This document shows, piece after piece, positions 13,098 to 25,905 of a stretch of DNA of 64,000 bases. The stretch is from Paragordius varius (lineage: Eukaryota; Animalia; Nematomorpha): the NCBI GenBank assembly GCA_964247055.1, contig OZ176055.1, forward strand, positions 5,332,001 through 5,396,000, given 5' to 3'. The position numbers and the translations under genes were made by a program. The notes below the pieces were generated by a model, which saw only the letters and a list, made by a program, of their open reading frames with translations, did not search any database and was not told where the DNA came from. The stretch's first letter is position 1; each line of letters starts with the position of its first letter.

Positions 13098-13668
13098 CAC
13101 TTGGATACAAGATTCATTTCAGTCCTTCGATTCAAATGGGGGTAGTTGGATATCCCAATCTATTTAAAATTATATACTTTAAAAATATTGAAGGGATCGA
13201 AACCATGGCAAAATTTTGCGCCTATATAACATTGATAAACTGAAATATATAAAAAAATTTATTCGTTAATACTTGATAATTCTTTTTTTAATGTAAAACC
13301 CAAAGGTAAAAATTTAGTCAATATAACATATGTCTATTGGCTAAATTGAATTATAACCAAAATTAACCACTTTTTCCATTTCAATCAATGTTAAATGTAA
13401 TTTAAATAAAAAATTAGCTTTAATTTTAAAGTAATCAAATAAACACGATATTTTGCAAAATTTTTATAAAATAAAAATGGCGTCAAAGTAGTTTGATATA
13501 GAAGTTTTTTTTCAAAACGAAATTTTATTTAAATATTTTGGCTTTTTATATAATTTTTATTAGGATAGACGCATAAATTTAAATTGGTACTGTTTCCTTC
13601 AGTAGTTTTTTAGAAATATTAATTTATATTTAGTCTGAGGTAGTTAAATACCCCAATTTCGATCGGTG
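13098..13668 (-). mobile_element. piggyBac-like MITE, full copy
   Basis: TTAA at 13094-13097 and 13669-13672; starts CACTTGGATACAAGATTCATTTCAGTCCTTCGATTCAAATGGGGGTA. Confidence 0.78.
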
Positions 13669-13867
13669 TTAAACTGCAATTTAAAAAATATTATTCGTGT
13701 AATTTTTGTTTTATATTAAAATCTTAATTAATACAAAACATTCATAAGTTTGTAACAAATAATATATTTAGGTAACAACGTTATAAATATACTATTTATT
13801 TATATTACTATTCAATAATATATTGTAGATTTTATTCCAGATTTGTCGCATTGCGATATAATTTTTT

Positions 13868-14326
13868 TTATATGTGGGACATACACTCATCTTTACTTTT
13901 CATTATATTGTTAATGGTTGAAGAGCCCTGGGTTTTCAATGCAGATGATGAATTTGGAGTATTTATATCACCATGGCTCCCTAACATATTTTTAAGGCAT
14001 TTTCGGGTGTGATAACCTTTGTATAGAGCTTGTATTTTTATAGCAGCTTGTTCTGGATCCAGGCGAGGCGCAGAATGCCGTCGCTTTAGATGCTTATGTG
14101 TGATGAATAACAAAAATATATTTCAGTTCCGTTTAAAAGTATTTATGGGAAAAAGATTATAGAATTTAAAAAAAAAGTTTACCAAGGGATATTTTTTGCG
14201 CACTTGGTGACCTTTGAAATAAGCTTGAATCATAGTTGCGGCTTTATTTGGGTCCAACACACTTGAACTTCGACTCAAACCAACGTTTGGTGCTAATTGT
14301 TGCCTTTCATTTATTATGCTACTCAT
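13868..14326 (-). CDS. Small protein with two IQ (calmodulin-binding) motifs, about 122 aa; 5' end may extend upstream
   Basis: Exons 14326-14183 and 14092-13868 joined by a phase-0 GT-AG intron of 90 nt. Motifs DPNKAATMIQAYFKGHQVRKK and DPEQAAIKIQALYKGYHTRKC fit IQxxxKGxxxRK. Confidence 0.65.
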
Positions 14327-16432
14327 TTGACATGTATTCTAATGTGAAATGGACAAATATTTGGTAAAATAAAATAAATTTACAGTTTAGAACAGTGCTA
14401 CTTACCAAAAAAACTTAAAGGCCAAAACATATTTTCTTTGTCTCAAAGGCCGTGGATAATACGATTATTTCGTAGCTCTTTCAAAAAAGTATATCAAAAA
14501 ATAAATAAATATAATCAGGGCCGAAAAAGCTTTTAGGGCCGCATTTTGAGTACCAATGGTTTAGAGAGTCTCTCTTTTCTTTTTATTGGGTAAAAACTTA
14601 AATATGATAATTGTGAAACTGTATGCTCGCCTGCTTAGGGTTGGCAGATGGAAAATTGTGCAGTTTCAGAGATCCAACTCTGGCACAGGTGAAAAGAATC
14701 AAAATTAATGTATTAAATAGCGACAAATATGTTGGAACATGATTTTCGTTGTAAATCGAGATTAATTTAAATAGTATTGTTTTTGTTATGGATAAAATAA
14801 TGTTGCACTGATTATCAAAAAAGATGAAAAGAAAAACTTGATACTTTTATTCTTCGTAAAATACGTTGCTCGGCTTGACGCATTAATAAACTAAAAATTG
14901 ATTCATATAATTTAAAACAGAAATGAATAAAATGATATGTTCTCAAATCTCAAAACAACAATCATCCAAACACAAAAATATTTGGCCATCCATTTTACTG
15001 TTCAAAGTTATACTAACAGAATTAGAGCCCACTTATAATTAGTTGTTATAGTTATAATCATAAGTTTTAAAGATTTTATTTTCGGAATAATACTGCTGAA
15101 ATTTTAATTAGGGTATTATAATTGTCAGGCCTGTCAACTTCTAATCAAAGATATAATTTTGTATATATTCCCTAATATATTTATTTTAGCCTTCATATAT
15201 ATTTTAACCTTAACTTTGAATAAAATATTTACATAAAATATTATTTATACTTATAAATGTAAGAAGGATTTGTGTGACAATTATAATGATTTTTCGAAAT
15301 AACACTACACAACAGCGCATTTAATAAAATCAGTTTTTCATTTTAGTATAACCTAAGTTAATGCATACCAAAGGACTCTTACATTGTTAAGATATCTAAA
15401 GGTTATAAATCAAATTTTTATAAACCAAAAAGAATCGTTTGATAGGAATTTGGATGGATAAATTTTATCCCTTTTATTGCAAAAACTATATTTATTAATC
15501 TTATTTTATTTTTTTAAAAGAAGCCTAGAATGTCAAATATATAAGTAGTGTTATAAATAATAGTAGTTGTTAAATAAACATTTCCAATATTTATATAATG
15601 ACATTAGATTGTCACAGCAAGATACATTTCTATAAAATACAGTAAAAAATGAAATTATAAAGTCAAAACGTATTAATTAACAAATATTTTTTAAAAAAAT
15701 ATTCAAGCTTGATTGATTTTAATACAATCTATCATTTGGCTTGCAAAATAAAAAACTAAATATAAATTGGTAACCGACTCGATTTTACATAAAAATGTAG
15801 AACAAGGTTTAAAACGACAGACTGTTTATTTTTAAAAAATATTTTCCCTTTTACGTTTTGTCTTTATAATTTTAAATTGTTCAGTAAATTAAAGCCTAGG
15901 CCAATAATCTGTTTAAAAGTTTCAAAAAGAGAAAGATTAATCTGATAAATTAAATTAATGTTAGTCAAAAACTCCAAAAAATATAAATTTCTTAAAATGG
16001 ATAAGAAAAAAAAATATTATACCATATTAAGGAATTCCCAATGCAATGGCATATTTTTAATAAAAAAATGAGAAAAAAATTAATAAAGATCAATTATAAG
16101 ATTGATATTGAACATAATTTATTTATAGATATCGAAATAAAAATCCATTTTATATATACATATATATATGTTATTCTACTAGATGCTTTATAATCATAAC
16201 AGATTCTAATCAATTATTTGACTAATTAAAATTTATTTCAGTAATCAATCGATAATAAAAGTATATATTAAATATATCATAGTTTATTTGATAAGTTATG
16301 TAAAAACATGTTTATGAACGATTAAATATAAATAACAAACCTGGTGGATCTTTAACAATGTATAAAAAATATTTCTCTATGTTCTTTACCAAATAAAAAT
16401 ATTTGAAATACCAATTCTACCAGAAATAATAA

Positions 16433-16435
<3 letters not shown>

Positions 16436-16475
<40 letters not shown>
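16436..16475. repeat. (TA)n microsatellite; similar tracts at about 5478-5499, 12874-12908, 41148-41168, 51017-51078, 54409-54437
   Basis: Direct reading of TA dinucleotide runs. Confidence 0.9.
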
Positions 16476-16478
<3 letters not shown>

Positions 16479-17016
16479 CTTTCTGAGGTCGAATTTTATT
16501 TGGCGGGGTTAGTTAAAGCAGAGGTTTGGATTTAATTAGAAACAATTAAAGGATAATAGACTTTTTAAACCGCTTTATAAACACATGAAAATTACAAAAA
16601 CAGTTGAGCAAATCATATTAAAAATGGAATCGTGGCATACAAAAAATAATTTTAAAATCTATTTTTCAAAATTTTTATTCGGATGTCTCATGCCATTTCT
16701 TAAAAAAACATCATAATTTTTATAGTCTATACTTTGTTATATTTTATCATTACATAAAATAATGGAAAATTTAAAAAAAGAACCAAAATCACATCCACTT
16801 GATTATAAAACAATGGAACTGAAACTAAACGAAGTTTTTTGCCCAAAATTGTTTTTACACATTCCCTAAGTATTTTACAAACATAAAAATAAGCGCCCCA
16901 AATTAAGAAATATGGACATCAAAGGAATTGATAATATATGCCGCAATAGTATGATTTTTATTTTGCAAAATCGTCCAGTATGCATAATTATGTTGGATAT
17001 TTGATCATACATTAGC

Positions 17017-19073
17017 CAGTGGCGTACCGAGCATTTGCGGCGCCCGGGGCATAAAAGTTTTATGCCCCCCCCCCCCCCTCCTTTTTTTTAAAGCTAATAA
17101 AACAATTTAGAAAACAAAATACAAACGTTGCAACCTAAACACCATAGATAAGACAGCACAGTCATATAAATTTTAAATCTATTAAATATATATAATTATA
17201 CTAGCGTAAATCTCGTGCTGCTACGTAGCCCGAAGAAGTCCTTTTGACTTCTGAAGGGGGGGGGGGGGGCTATTTGAAAAAAGGGATCAATAAAATGATC
17301 CATATATGTGGATTATTTCGAAACATTATTTAATAGCTATGATCTTATAGAATTTTCGTAATGTTGCATTCATAATAAAAAATTATTTACTGGTGTAAAT
17401 GCCGCAAATTGACGGCTAACGGAAAAAACCGCTATACTATTATTTTTACTTTTTTATGCGTAATATATAAAGCCTTTATTGAACTCGTATGGCTCCTTAT
17501 TTGAAAATTATCTCCAAACCCACGCCATTTTTGTATGGCGTCTGAGTTTTAAATCGGCAGACCCCTACCCATAGCCCTATATGGAAAAAGCGCTGACCCC
17601 ATCGTCTCATGGGTTATTCGAAAAAATACCTCAACACTAAATAATCGTTCGATGATGGCGTATTTTTAGGGCATAAAGGCCCCAAATTAACGGCTAATTA
17701 AAAAAGGCCTGACCTTAATTTTTACCTAGTTACGGGTAATATTTCGAACTTTAAATGAGCTGGTATAAGTTTTTTTTTAAAAGTTCCAAAACAACGTAAT
17801 TTCTATATAGTGGCGCAGTTTTTGGCGGGTAGCTCCCTACCCAGAGGCTGATACAAAAAAGCGCTTGATTAAAATTTTTGCCTTTATACGATTCCTGGAA
17901 TCATGATTGATTCCATATGCTCTTATTAGTTTTTGGAAAAATTGCCTCTAAATTAAAGAATATATCTACGGTGGCGCATTTTTCAGTGCGTGAAGCGCCT
18001 AAACGGCTAATTTTAAAAAAACGCACGATCTAAATAATTGCCTTGTTACGGGTAATATTAAACAGTTATTAAACTCATATGACCTGATAGGTTTTCTGAA
18101 ACTTAGCCCCAAAAGGACGCTATTTCGATATTACGGATCACTTTTTCGCGGGTAGCTCCTTACTCAGCAGTTATCATCAAAGAAACGCTTGACTAAAATT
18201 TTTGCCTTTTAGCAGGGAATATCTGGAATCCTTATTGAATTTTTACGGTCTCTTACCTTGGGCGAAAATTGATTCAAAAAATTAATTTAATCCGCTCGAC
18301 TAAAATTTTTGACTTTTTACGGGGAAAACTTTAAGCAGCTATTGAACTCATATGCCCTGATAGATTTTCTTAAATTTAGCCACAAAACGCTATTTCGATA
18401 TGACGGGTCACTTTTTCGCGGGCTCCTTACTCAGCAGCTATCATCAAAGAGATGCTTGATTAAATTTTTTGCCTTTTAACAGGGAATACCTGAAATCCTT
18501 ATTGAATTTTTACGGTTTCATACCTTTGGCGAAAAATAGATTCAAAAAATTACTTTTGTGGACTTTGTTTTAAAAAAGCGAGCCGACTATGTTCGGCGCA
18601 ATCTAAAATAAGTAAACAAAAATCATATTTGAAATAGAATGGACCAACACGTTCTCCGGAAAATCTCAAAGACACGATTTTTGTGGACTTCACACGGGGT
18701 GGGCCCGAACCGGGGGCCTAATTCAAAAAAGGGCGAAGCTATTGTCGGGGCATTCATTAATGGTTATATTTTTTCGATGTTTGGATTAGAATGGGCCTAC
18801 CGGTTTTCCGGTACCAGATCACAAAGCCAGCATTTTTCATTTTTATAAATATATAGATGATACTAAATTTATTCATTTTTAAATACATAAATATTCTAAT
18901 AAATTATATAATATGGAAATTATATATAAAAATAAAGTTTTTGTTGCATATATTGAATTGATCTTATGATAATGGCGAACAATAATGATTTAAAAAATCA
19001 TTTAGGCGCCCCTAAATAACGGCGCCCGGGGCATGATGCACCCCCTTGCCCCCCCCCCCTCGGTACGCCCCTG
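17017..19073. mobile_element. Non-autonomous hAT-type element (~2.06 kb) with internal tandem repeats
   Basis: 8-bp TSD ACATTAGC at 17009-17016 and 19074-19081. TIRs CAGTGGCGTACCGAG and CTCGGTACGCCCCTG match 14/15. About four diverged ~270-290 bp units at 17400-18545. No transposase ORF. Confidence 0.85.
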
Positions 19074-22049
19074 ACATTAGCCATTATGTATAACAACAAA
19101 TTTTGTCCATAATTAAATGAAATTTAATGTTGTAAGATAGGGAAAAAATTGTTTGATTTCAACCTGTTTTTTTCACTCATATAGTATTATATCACTCACC
19201 AATTGCCAAAAATAATGTTGGATTCTGAAATTTAGAAAACATAAATTTAATTTTAATAAGACGTTATAATAAAAGTTTTAAATATATTTTGAGACAACTT
19301 CGATTGGGTTGACATATTAAATGAAATACTATTGATAAACACCTGAAAACGAACTTTAACGCCACAGAACCTCTGATATTATCGTTAAAATATGCACTAA
19401 AATATGTAATTAGAACATTACCCTCTACTCGTTCTTGTTCAGATCACTTATTGATATTCGACATACCGTTTAGAATTACCCCTATCTTTGTGATCAGGAT
19501 TGATTGATTTTACGATATTCCTAATTTTCACCTATTTCGGCAATTTCGACTCATACTCTTTGCTCCCTATTTTTCTTAAAAAAATATATATTTTTTTTAT
19601 TAAAAGTGATTTTATTCAATTATTAATTTCTACACATTGTGCGATTTTTAAAATATACCTACGCTCGAACAATGTATTAATCGAAAATCAAGATCGGAAA
19701 GAATTTGATAAAAAAACAAAATAAATTTAGCTACCGTTCCGTTCGTTATTGTGATAATCCAGACAAAAATTTGAATACCGGCTAATTTGAATAATTGGAT
19801 GACAAATTGAATATATCAAAATATTGGACGTATTATAGTTTTATAACCGTTAAATATAAATTGTCATGCTTAGTTAGTGTGTATGAGAAAAAACTTAATT
19901 CAAATTAAATATATGTGTATTTTAGCGACTCACAAATGTTGCGGGAAAAACAAAATTGTATCAAAAATTTGTGTGGGTTTTGCACATTAAACAACTAACT
20001 AATAGTAACAAATAAAAAATATAATGTATTTAACTATTATTGAACATAGATTATAGGGTGAATATTTTGTTTTGTTTTTTCATATATACTATTTGTCATT
20101 TGATAGTACATGCATTAAGATTTTCACGCTAAATATATAGCTGCAGGGGGTTATAAAAAACGAACCAAATTGTATTTTTTATGAAGTATAAAAGTCAATT
20201 AATACAATTTGAACCTAAACATAATTTTGAGGAATAAATTTTTTCAAATAGAGATATACTTTTGTATAAATCCTTAATATATTTTATTTGTATTTTTATA
20301 GTTTTATAGTTTTTGCGAAAATCAATAAAAATGCAATCATATATACATTACAACGCCAATAAAGTATAAAACAACAAATTGCATTTAGTAATCATATTTC
20401 CTTTAAACTAATTTTCCTCCTTGTGCCCCCAAAATAGCAGAGAAATAGGTTATACGTATACATTAACATCTATTTCGTGCACAACTGTACTATGTGAATA
20501 ATTCCATTAAACATTAGCATTCTTGAACTCTCACTTTTACCTTAGAACACTTCAAATTCACCCTTTCCACCTTGAACATTTAAAATTTAACTATAAACAA
20601 TTCAAATTTCCACTAAAAATAAATAATGTGTTTCTGGGATCACTTGCCTTGTAATTTAATTTTTTTGTTATTCCTTTTTTCTGTTTATAGATTTTTAAAA
20701 GCTATATTTTTTCTTTTTCAAATATATTGGGTGATTGAGACATTTGAGATCCTTGGCTAGTTAACTAAAAATTAAATTACCAATATATTTTGAGACAAGT
20801 TTCAGGCAATATAGGCCTATTATAGATTAATGATGGAATATTATAAAAAATGAAATCTTAGTCAAATTTTGAATAAGCACTTATATTCAGCCCCAACTTG
20901 AAAAATTTTTCCAAGTACTATGGAGTAAAGCTAACTAAAGGATATTATATTATGAATGCGGTTTAAATCGCGTTAAGCCATTCTTTTGAATAAGCGGTTT
21001 TCCCCAATTTCTGTGAAATTAGTATTTTTTGTAAAAATATCCTTTTAAGCATATTTTCGGGAAATAGACCATAGGAATTTAATAATGGTCCTCCATATTC
21101 CCTTATTAACGCGTATATTATGGCCAGACCCTTTTTAGATTAGCGTTGGTTTTAGGTTCACCGTAAACTCGGCTTCCTCCATCTTAAGCATTACTCTAGA
21201 AAACTAAGGCATTAGATTTCAGTTATGACCATTAACATTTACATATATCGAGCTATTTGTTTGAATTAACCCTTGCATTTCCCATGGTAAAAATCATTTA
21301 TAAAAAATGAGTGAGTGATCTATACGCCCATCATACTTTATAAATAAATCACTGTATTAAGCCCCACTTGCTGCAATATCATTTTGGGGAAAAATATAAA
21401 GAAATTTTGATATAAGAAACGTATAAGATCATATGATGTCGCTAATAGGTAGAGCTATATCTCTTAAAAAGTGCAAATGATAAATGAGTGCTTAAATTAG
21501 TTGCTGGATAAAGTCCTTATGTAAAAAAACACTCGCCGTACGAAATAATCATTACTCTAAGCAATATTTTGAACGCATATCCCAGCTAGCATTCAGTCTT
21601 GGCGGTTACGTATGCATTAATGAACGTGACAATGAACTTTATTATCCCCAAAAGGTATATACCAATCAGAAATCAAATTCACCTTGAACAATTAAATTTC
21701 ATCCTCGAACAATTTAAATTTACCCTTGAACGATCAAAATTCACCCTAACAATAATTTATGAACGGTTTATATAATTTATCATTAATATTAAGATTTTAT
21801 GGCATAGTTTATTATTTTTTAGGATTATTTCAATTTAAAAAAAAATTAATTTTTTAAATATATAAAAAATATAGGTAATTTTTAATATTAAAACACAAAT
21901 TTATTTTAGGGTGAATTTGAATTGTTCGAGGGTATTGTTTAAGGGTGAAATTAAAGTGTAGAGATGGTAAAGTTAGTGTCCAAATTTATTATTAATAATT
22001 TAAAGGATATAAGAATTTTCTCTGTAATACGTTTGTTAAAGATGTGAAA

Positions 22050-22232
22050 TAAATGTTTTGTTGCATGCTTTCATTGTGTGGAAATGATTGCTTTCATAAC
22101 TAATCCTACCCACTAGTCAATAACCCATTCTTATCCACCATAACTTCATTCTCATTTACTTAATTATATAAATCCACTATCCCTAAATCATTGTTTCTAA
22201 CTCACAGCGAAGTGTGACACGGCACGGCTAGT
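22050..22232 (+). mobile_element. Possible Helitron 3' end
   Basis: GC-rich GCGAAGTGTGACACGGCACGG followed by CTAG|T, the typical Helitron terminus; the 5' end was not identified. Confidence 0.4.
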
Positions 22233-22619
22233 TTACAAATATATAAAAATGACAGGATTTTTTTGATGCTTCTTAATCTTTATAAAAATTACAAAGCCTT
22301 AAGAAATTTAAGGAACTAATTACCTAAAGCGTTTTCTGTCCAATCATTTGACCTAATGTGGGCGTGCTATCATGGGCAAGCTATTCAGAAATTGGAACTC
22401 TTCGGTAATAAGGGCTAAAAGTGATACTTTACACCGTTGATTCTCACGGGTCTGAGTCATAGGTTTGTAAATCCACTGAAAAGCTCGCAACAACTCATTT
22501 TAAATTTGGTGCTTCCGAAAATTTTGGGAATTTCCTGGAAAGCCCACATCTCCAATTAATATATAGTAATCTTTCTTAAACCAGAATTTTTACTTTATGA
22601 TCTGGTGATCTACAAACAA

Positions 22620-22780
22620 TTAAAACATCTGAGCCACATCCTTCGCACGGCTTCTCGATATTATTAAATCAGTTACTAACCTAACCCTGTCTCAAATAAT
22701 TCGAAAGTCACAAGATCGTCTAGAATGTAAAGCACTTATTTATGAGAAGCTAAGAGTTGCTACCCGACTAGTTTCTGACA
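22620..22780 (+). mobile_element. Decayed 3' fragment of an RTE-type LINE
   Basis: LKHLSHILR resembles the RTE L.YFGHI.R motif, followed by QDRLE.KAL-like sequence typical of RTE 3' ends. Confidence 0.4.
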
Positions 22781-23077
22781 ACAACAAATCAAAATTATTT
22801 GCTAACAGATAATACATGATACAGAAAGATTTATTGTCCCTTTTGGCTTCGGTATTCCGGAGGCGTATTTAATTCTCTACAAATTTAAATAACATTATGT
22901 AGAATTAATGTATTACCCCATCAACACCATTAAAAATTATTAATTCATTTATTTTGAGATTTAGATACAATTAAAAACTTTTCTGGCGATTGTTTATAAA
23001 TATGCTATCTACATCATATCTATTATTTGATTGGTTTGAATAAAGGTGTTTTATGTATCGACTTTTGCTCCAGAAAT

Positions 23078-23383
23078 TTAAATCATTTTTGATTTTTGTT
23101 TTAGTGAAAGAGTATGTTTGGCATTTTTGGATGTTGATTTTATCGTAGGCATTTTATGTGAGTTGTTTAACATTTTTCTGGTTCGAAAGCCTCTAAACGC
23201 TGATTGTATAATAATAGCGGCCTTTTCCACACTCATATTTTTGTGATAAGATGGCTCTATTGTCAATTTTTTTGATGAAGGGTTGGGATCACTAGTTGTT
23301 AATTTATTAGCAATACATTTGTTATCTTGTTCACAAGCTAGATCTTGTAGACTGTGTAAGGATTTACTATTATTTTGGTTTTC
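23078..23383 (-). CDS. Probable terminal coding exon with one IQ motif; upstream exons unresolved
   Basis: Acceptor TTTTATTACAG before 23383; 101 open codons including EKAAIIIQSAFRGFRTRKML; TAA at 23080-23078. Confidence 0.55.
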   Translation of the reverse strand, partial: ENQNNSKSLHSLQDLACEQDNKCIANKLTTSDPNPSSKKLTIEPSYHKNMSVEKAAIIIQSAFRGFRTRKMLNNSHKMPTIKSTSKNAKHTLSLKQKSKMI

Positions 23384-24659
23384 CTGTAATAAAATATATG
23401 TATATTGTAGATTTTAATTTTTAACTCTTTATCTACCATTTTAGTCAATTTATCCCTGTTTTGCTAATTAAATTTGCAAAAAGATACATTAATGTTTTTA
23501 TTTTCTGAAAAAGTTGTGAATAACTTCATTACCTTTTTTCGTAGGAATGCGTTTTTGGGTAGTTTACTCTTACTCTTAAATATTAAGTACTGTTTTGAAA
23601 GTTGTTTCTAATTATTTAAACCTCTTCTCCTGTAACAGATAAACAGCTTATATTTACAATTTATTAATTTCCATAAAAATATGATATTTCAAAAGCCCAA
23701 TCGAAGCCAATAGCTAAAAATCAAAGCATATTATAAATTTACTAGTAAAATGTAATAAATCCAAATTATATACATTTTTCCTATACATTTATTTGCCCTT
23801 TCTATTAGCGATTAAAAAATCCAAAACGAAAAAAATGGCGAAAAAAAAGTTTGAGTTGAAGTTTACGATATTGCATTTTTTTAAAAAAATTGAATCAACA
23901 CCTAAATGGCTCAGGAGTGCATATTTTAAATTTGGCCCAATAACCAAAATAAGGAAGTAAAACGAGGTTATGTTTTAAATATGTTAGGATATCTTTAATT
24001 TCGGGAAAAATATTTTAGAAAACATCTCAAAATCCAATTTTTTAGGGTGTTAAATATGTTATAGGGGTAATTAAAAATATTATTGCTCGTTTTTATTGAC
24101 CCGTTATTTTAACAATAAATATGACTTGTTCGGTACTTTTTAATAATCATAGAATTATGATTTTAATTGAGAAAACAATATGATTATAATATTTTGGAAA
24201 AATAGATAGTTATCTGGAATTTTATTTTTTTTAGCAATTGGCCTTCCTACAACCATATGCTGTCTGGGTCCAAAAGCGTTTATTAACGTTTCGGAACTTA
24301 AGAAATCCAGAGATCTACTGTGCCCTATGTAGATATTAAAAAGCCCAGAATTTTCAAAACTAATTATTGTTTTTGTACGATGGAATGGTTTATGTTTTAG
24401 GATTTTCTTTTTTTAGAAAAATAATATTATTCTATAAAAATCAGAGATAACTGGAATAGTTTTTGTGAAACCAAAGACCATTTTTTGGAATTCGTTTAAA
24501 AATCACATCCAGAAAATATGATATTCAAATTACTTTTTACCAATTTTCCAAACACTGTTCCTATTAATTGATGATGTTTTCGATGAAAATTATTTCATTT
24601 TTTAAAAGAATGATAGACACATTTTCGCTGCTTATATATTATTAATTACTCAAAAAAGA

Positions 24660-24790
24660 GGCTATTTATAAAACCAAATCAAACCGTATCAAAAATCGGA
24701 AGCCAAATAAACATTTCGTTTTATTTGTGGAATCGGAGTTGCAACAAAAGGTTTGATTTGAAACCGGAACCGAAAACGGCTCCGGTTTCA
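24660..24790. repeat. GAACCG/CGGTTC-rich dispersed repeat; also about 42430-42530, 59572-59720, 60225-60260
   Basis: Clusters of AACCG/CGGTT motifs such as GAAACCGGAACCGAAAACGGCTCCGGTTTC; probably subterminal arrays of a non-autonomous DNA element. Confidence 0.5.
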
Positions 24791-25905
24791 ATCCCTAAAA
24801 AATAGTTTAATGGAAATTTGGAAACAAACGAGCTCATGTGAAAAAAAAATGGCTAACAAACAAATTAAACGATAAAAAGAATATTTAGTATAGAATGATA
24901 CAGAATTTAGATCCACAAAGTCAAAGTATAAAAAGCAAATTTTATTTAAAGTGGTCCTATATTTTTTGCTAGATAACGGCATAAATATGATAACCAGGGT
25001 AGTCTGGCCTATCAAGCGCATTTTAAGGATTCCATGCTTTTTTATTAGTATCCCATAAAACATCTATAGACTGCCGATTCCGCCTCTATTATATTGGAAA
25101 AGTTTTGTGTCAAAAGTATTATTTGTACACCAATCAAGTCAATCACGGAACGGATTATAAGAGATATTTTGGTTGATTTGTGTTTACTGTTTAAGCCGTT
25201 TAATGGTTAATTACTTCAAAATAAGGTATATTAGTTTTACGCTATAAAACCCGTCCTTAAAATGGTTTTATATGGCCAAAATAAGGTTAACAAGTTATAG
25301 AAATATATTTTGCGATGGGCCAGACTTCCAACATATCTTTAAGTTAATTTGCCTAAAATTAAGTTTTAACATAATTAATAATAATATAAAAGTATACCTG
25401 AATTCCGGTGGCTTTTTCATCAGTTTCTTTTGACATATCTTCTGGAGAGTATAGAAAATACATATAAAATACAAAAATGTTACTTTTTGACCGACAGCAA
25501 TCACTACACCAAATATAATTTAGAACGAACATTATGTTCTTAATTATTAATTGGTGAATAAATAACTTAAAATTCTAATTGGTTTGGGCCATTGGGTTAA
25601 TTATAAATTAGATTTTATATATACTGATAAATAATTCATATTAATGGATTAGCATGTTGTACTTTAAATTAAAGTCTAAAATATTATAGTGCATTAATAA
25701 AACCATATAAAAATTACTAACAAACTAGGTAAAAAAATAATTTAAAATCCATATTCAATCATACTAATTATATTTTTTATTAATCAATCATTGGGTTTGT
25801 TATTAACAATTTGAAAAAGAAACCGGATAATATTTGAGAGAGTGGAACGAAAACCCATATAATTTTTAATCAAAGGAGCCACCAATGGGTAGACCAAGCA
25901 TATTT

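Noticed and set aside
19330-19800. Moderately GC-richer stretch with 60-75 codon open frames
   Set aside because: No recognisable motif and no consistent splice chain on either strand; left uncalled.
23610-23623. Possible 14-nt intron (gtttaaataattag) linking exon-like pieces upstream of the IQ exon
   Set aside because: Shorter than any intron supported here and no conserved motif demands it.
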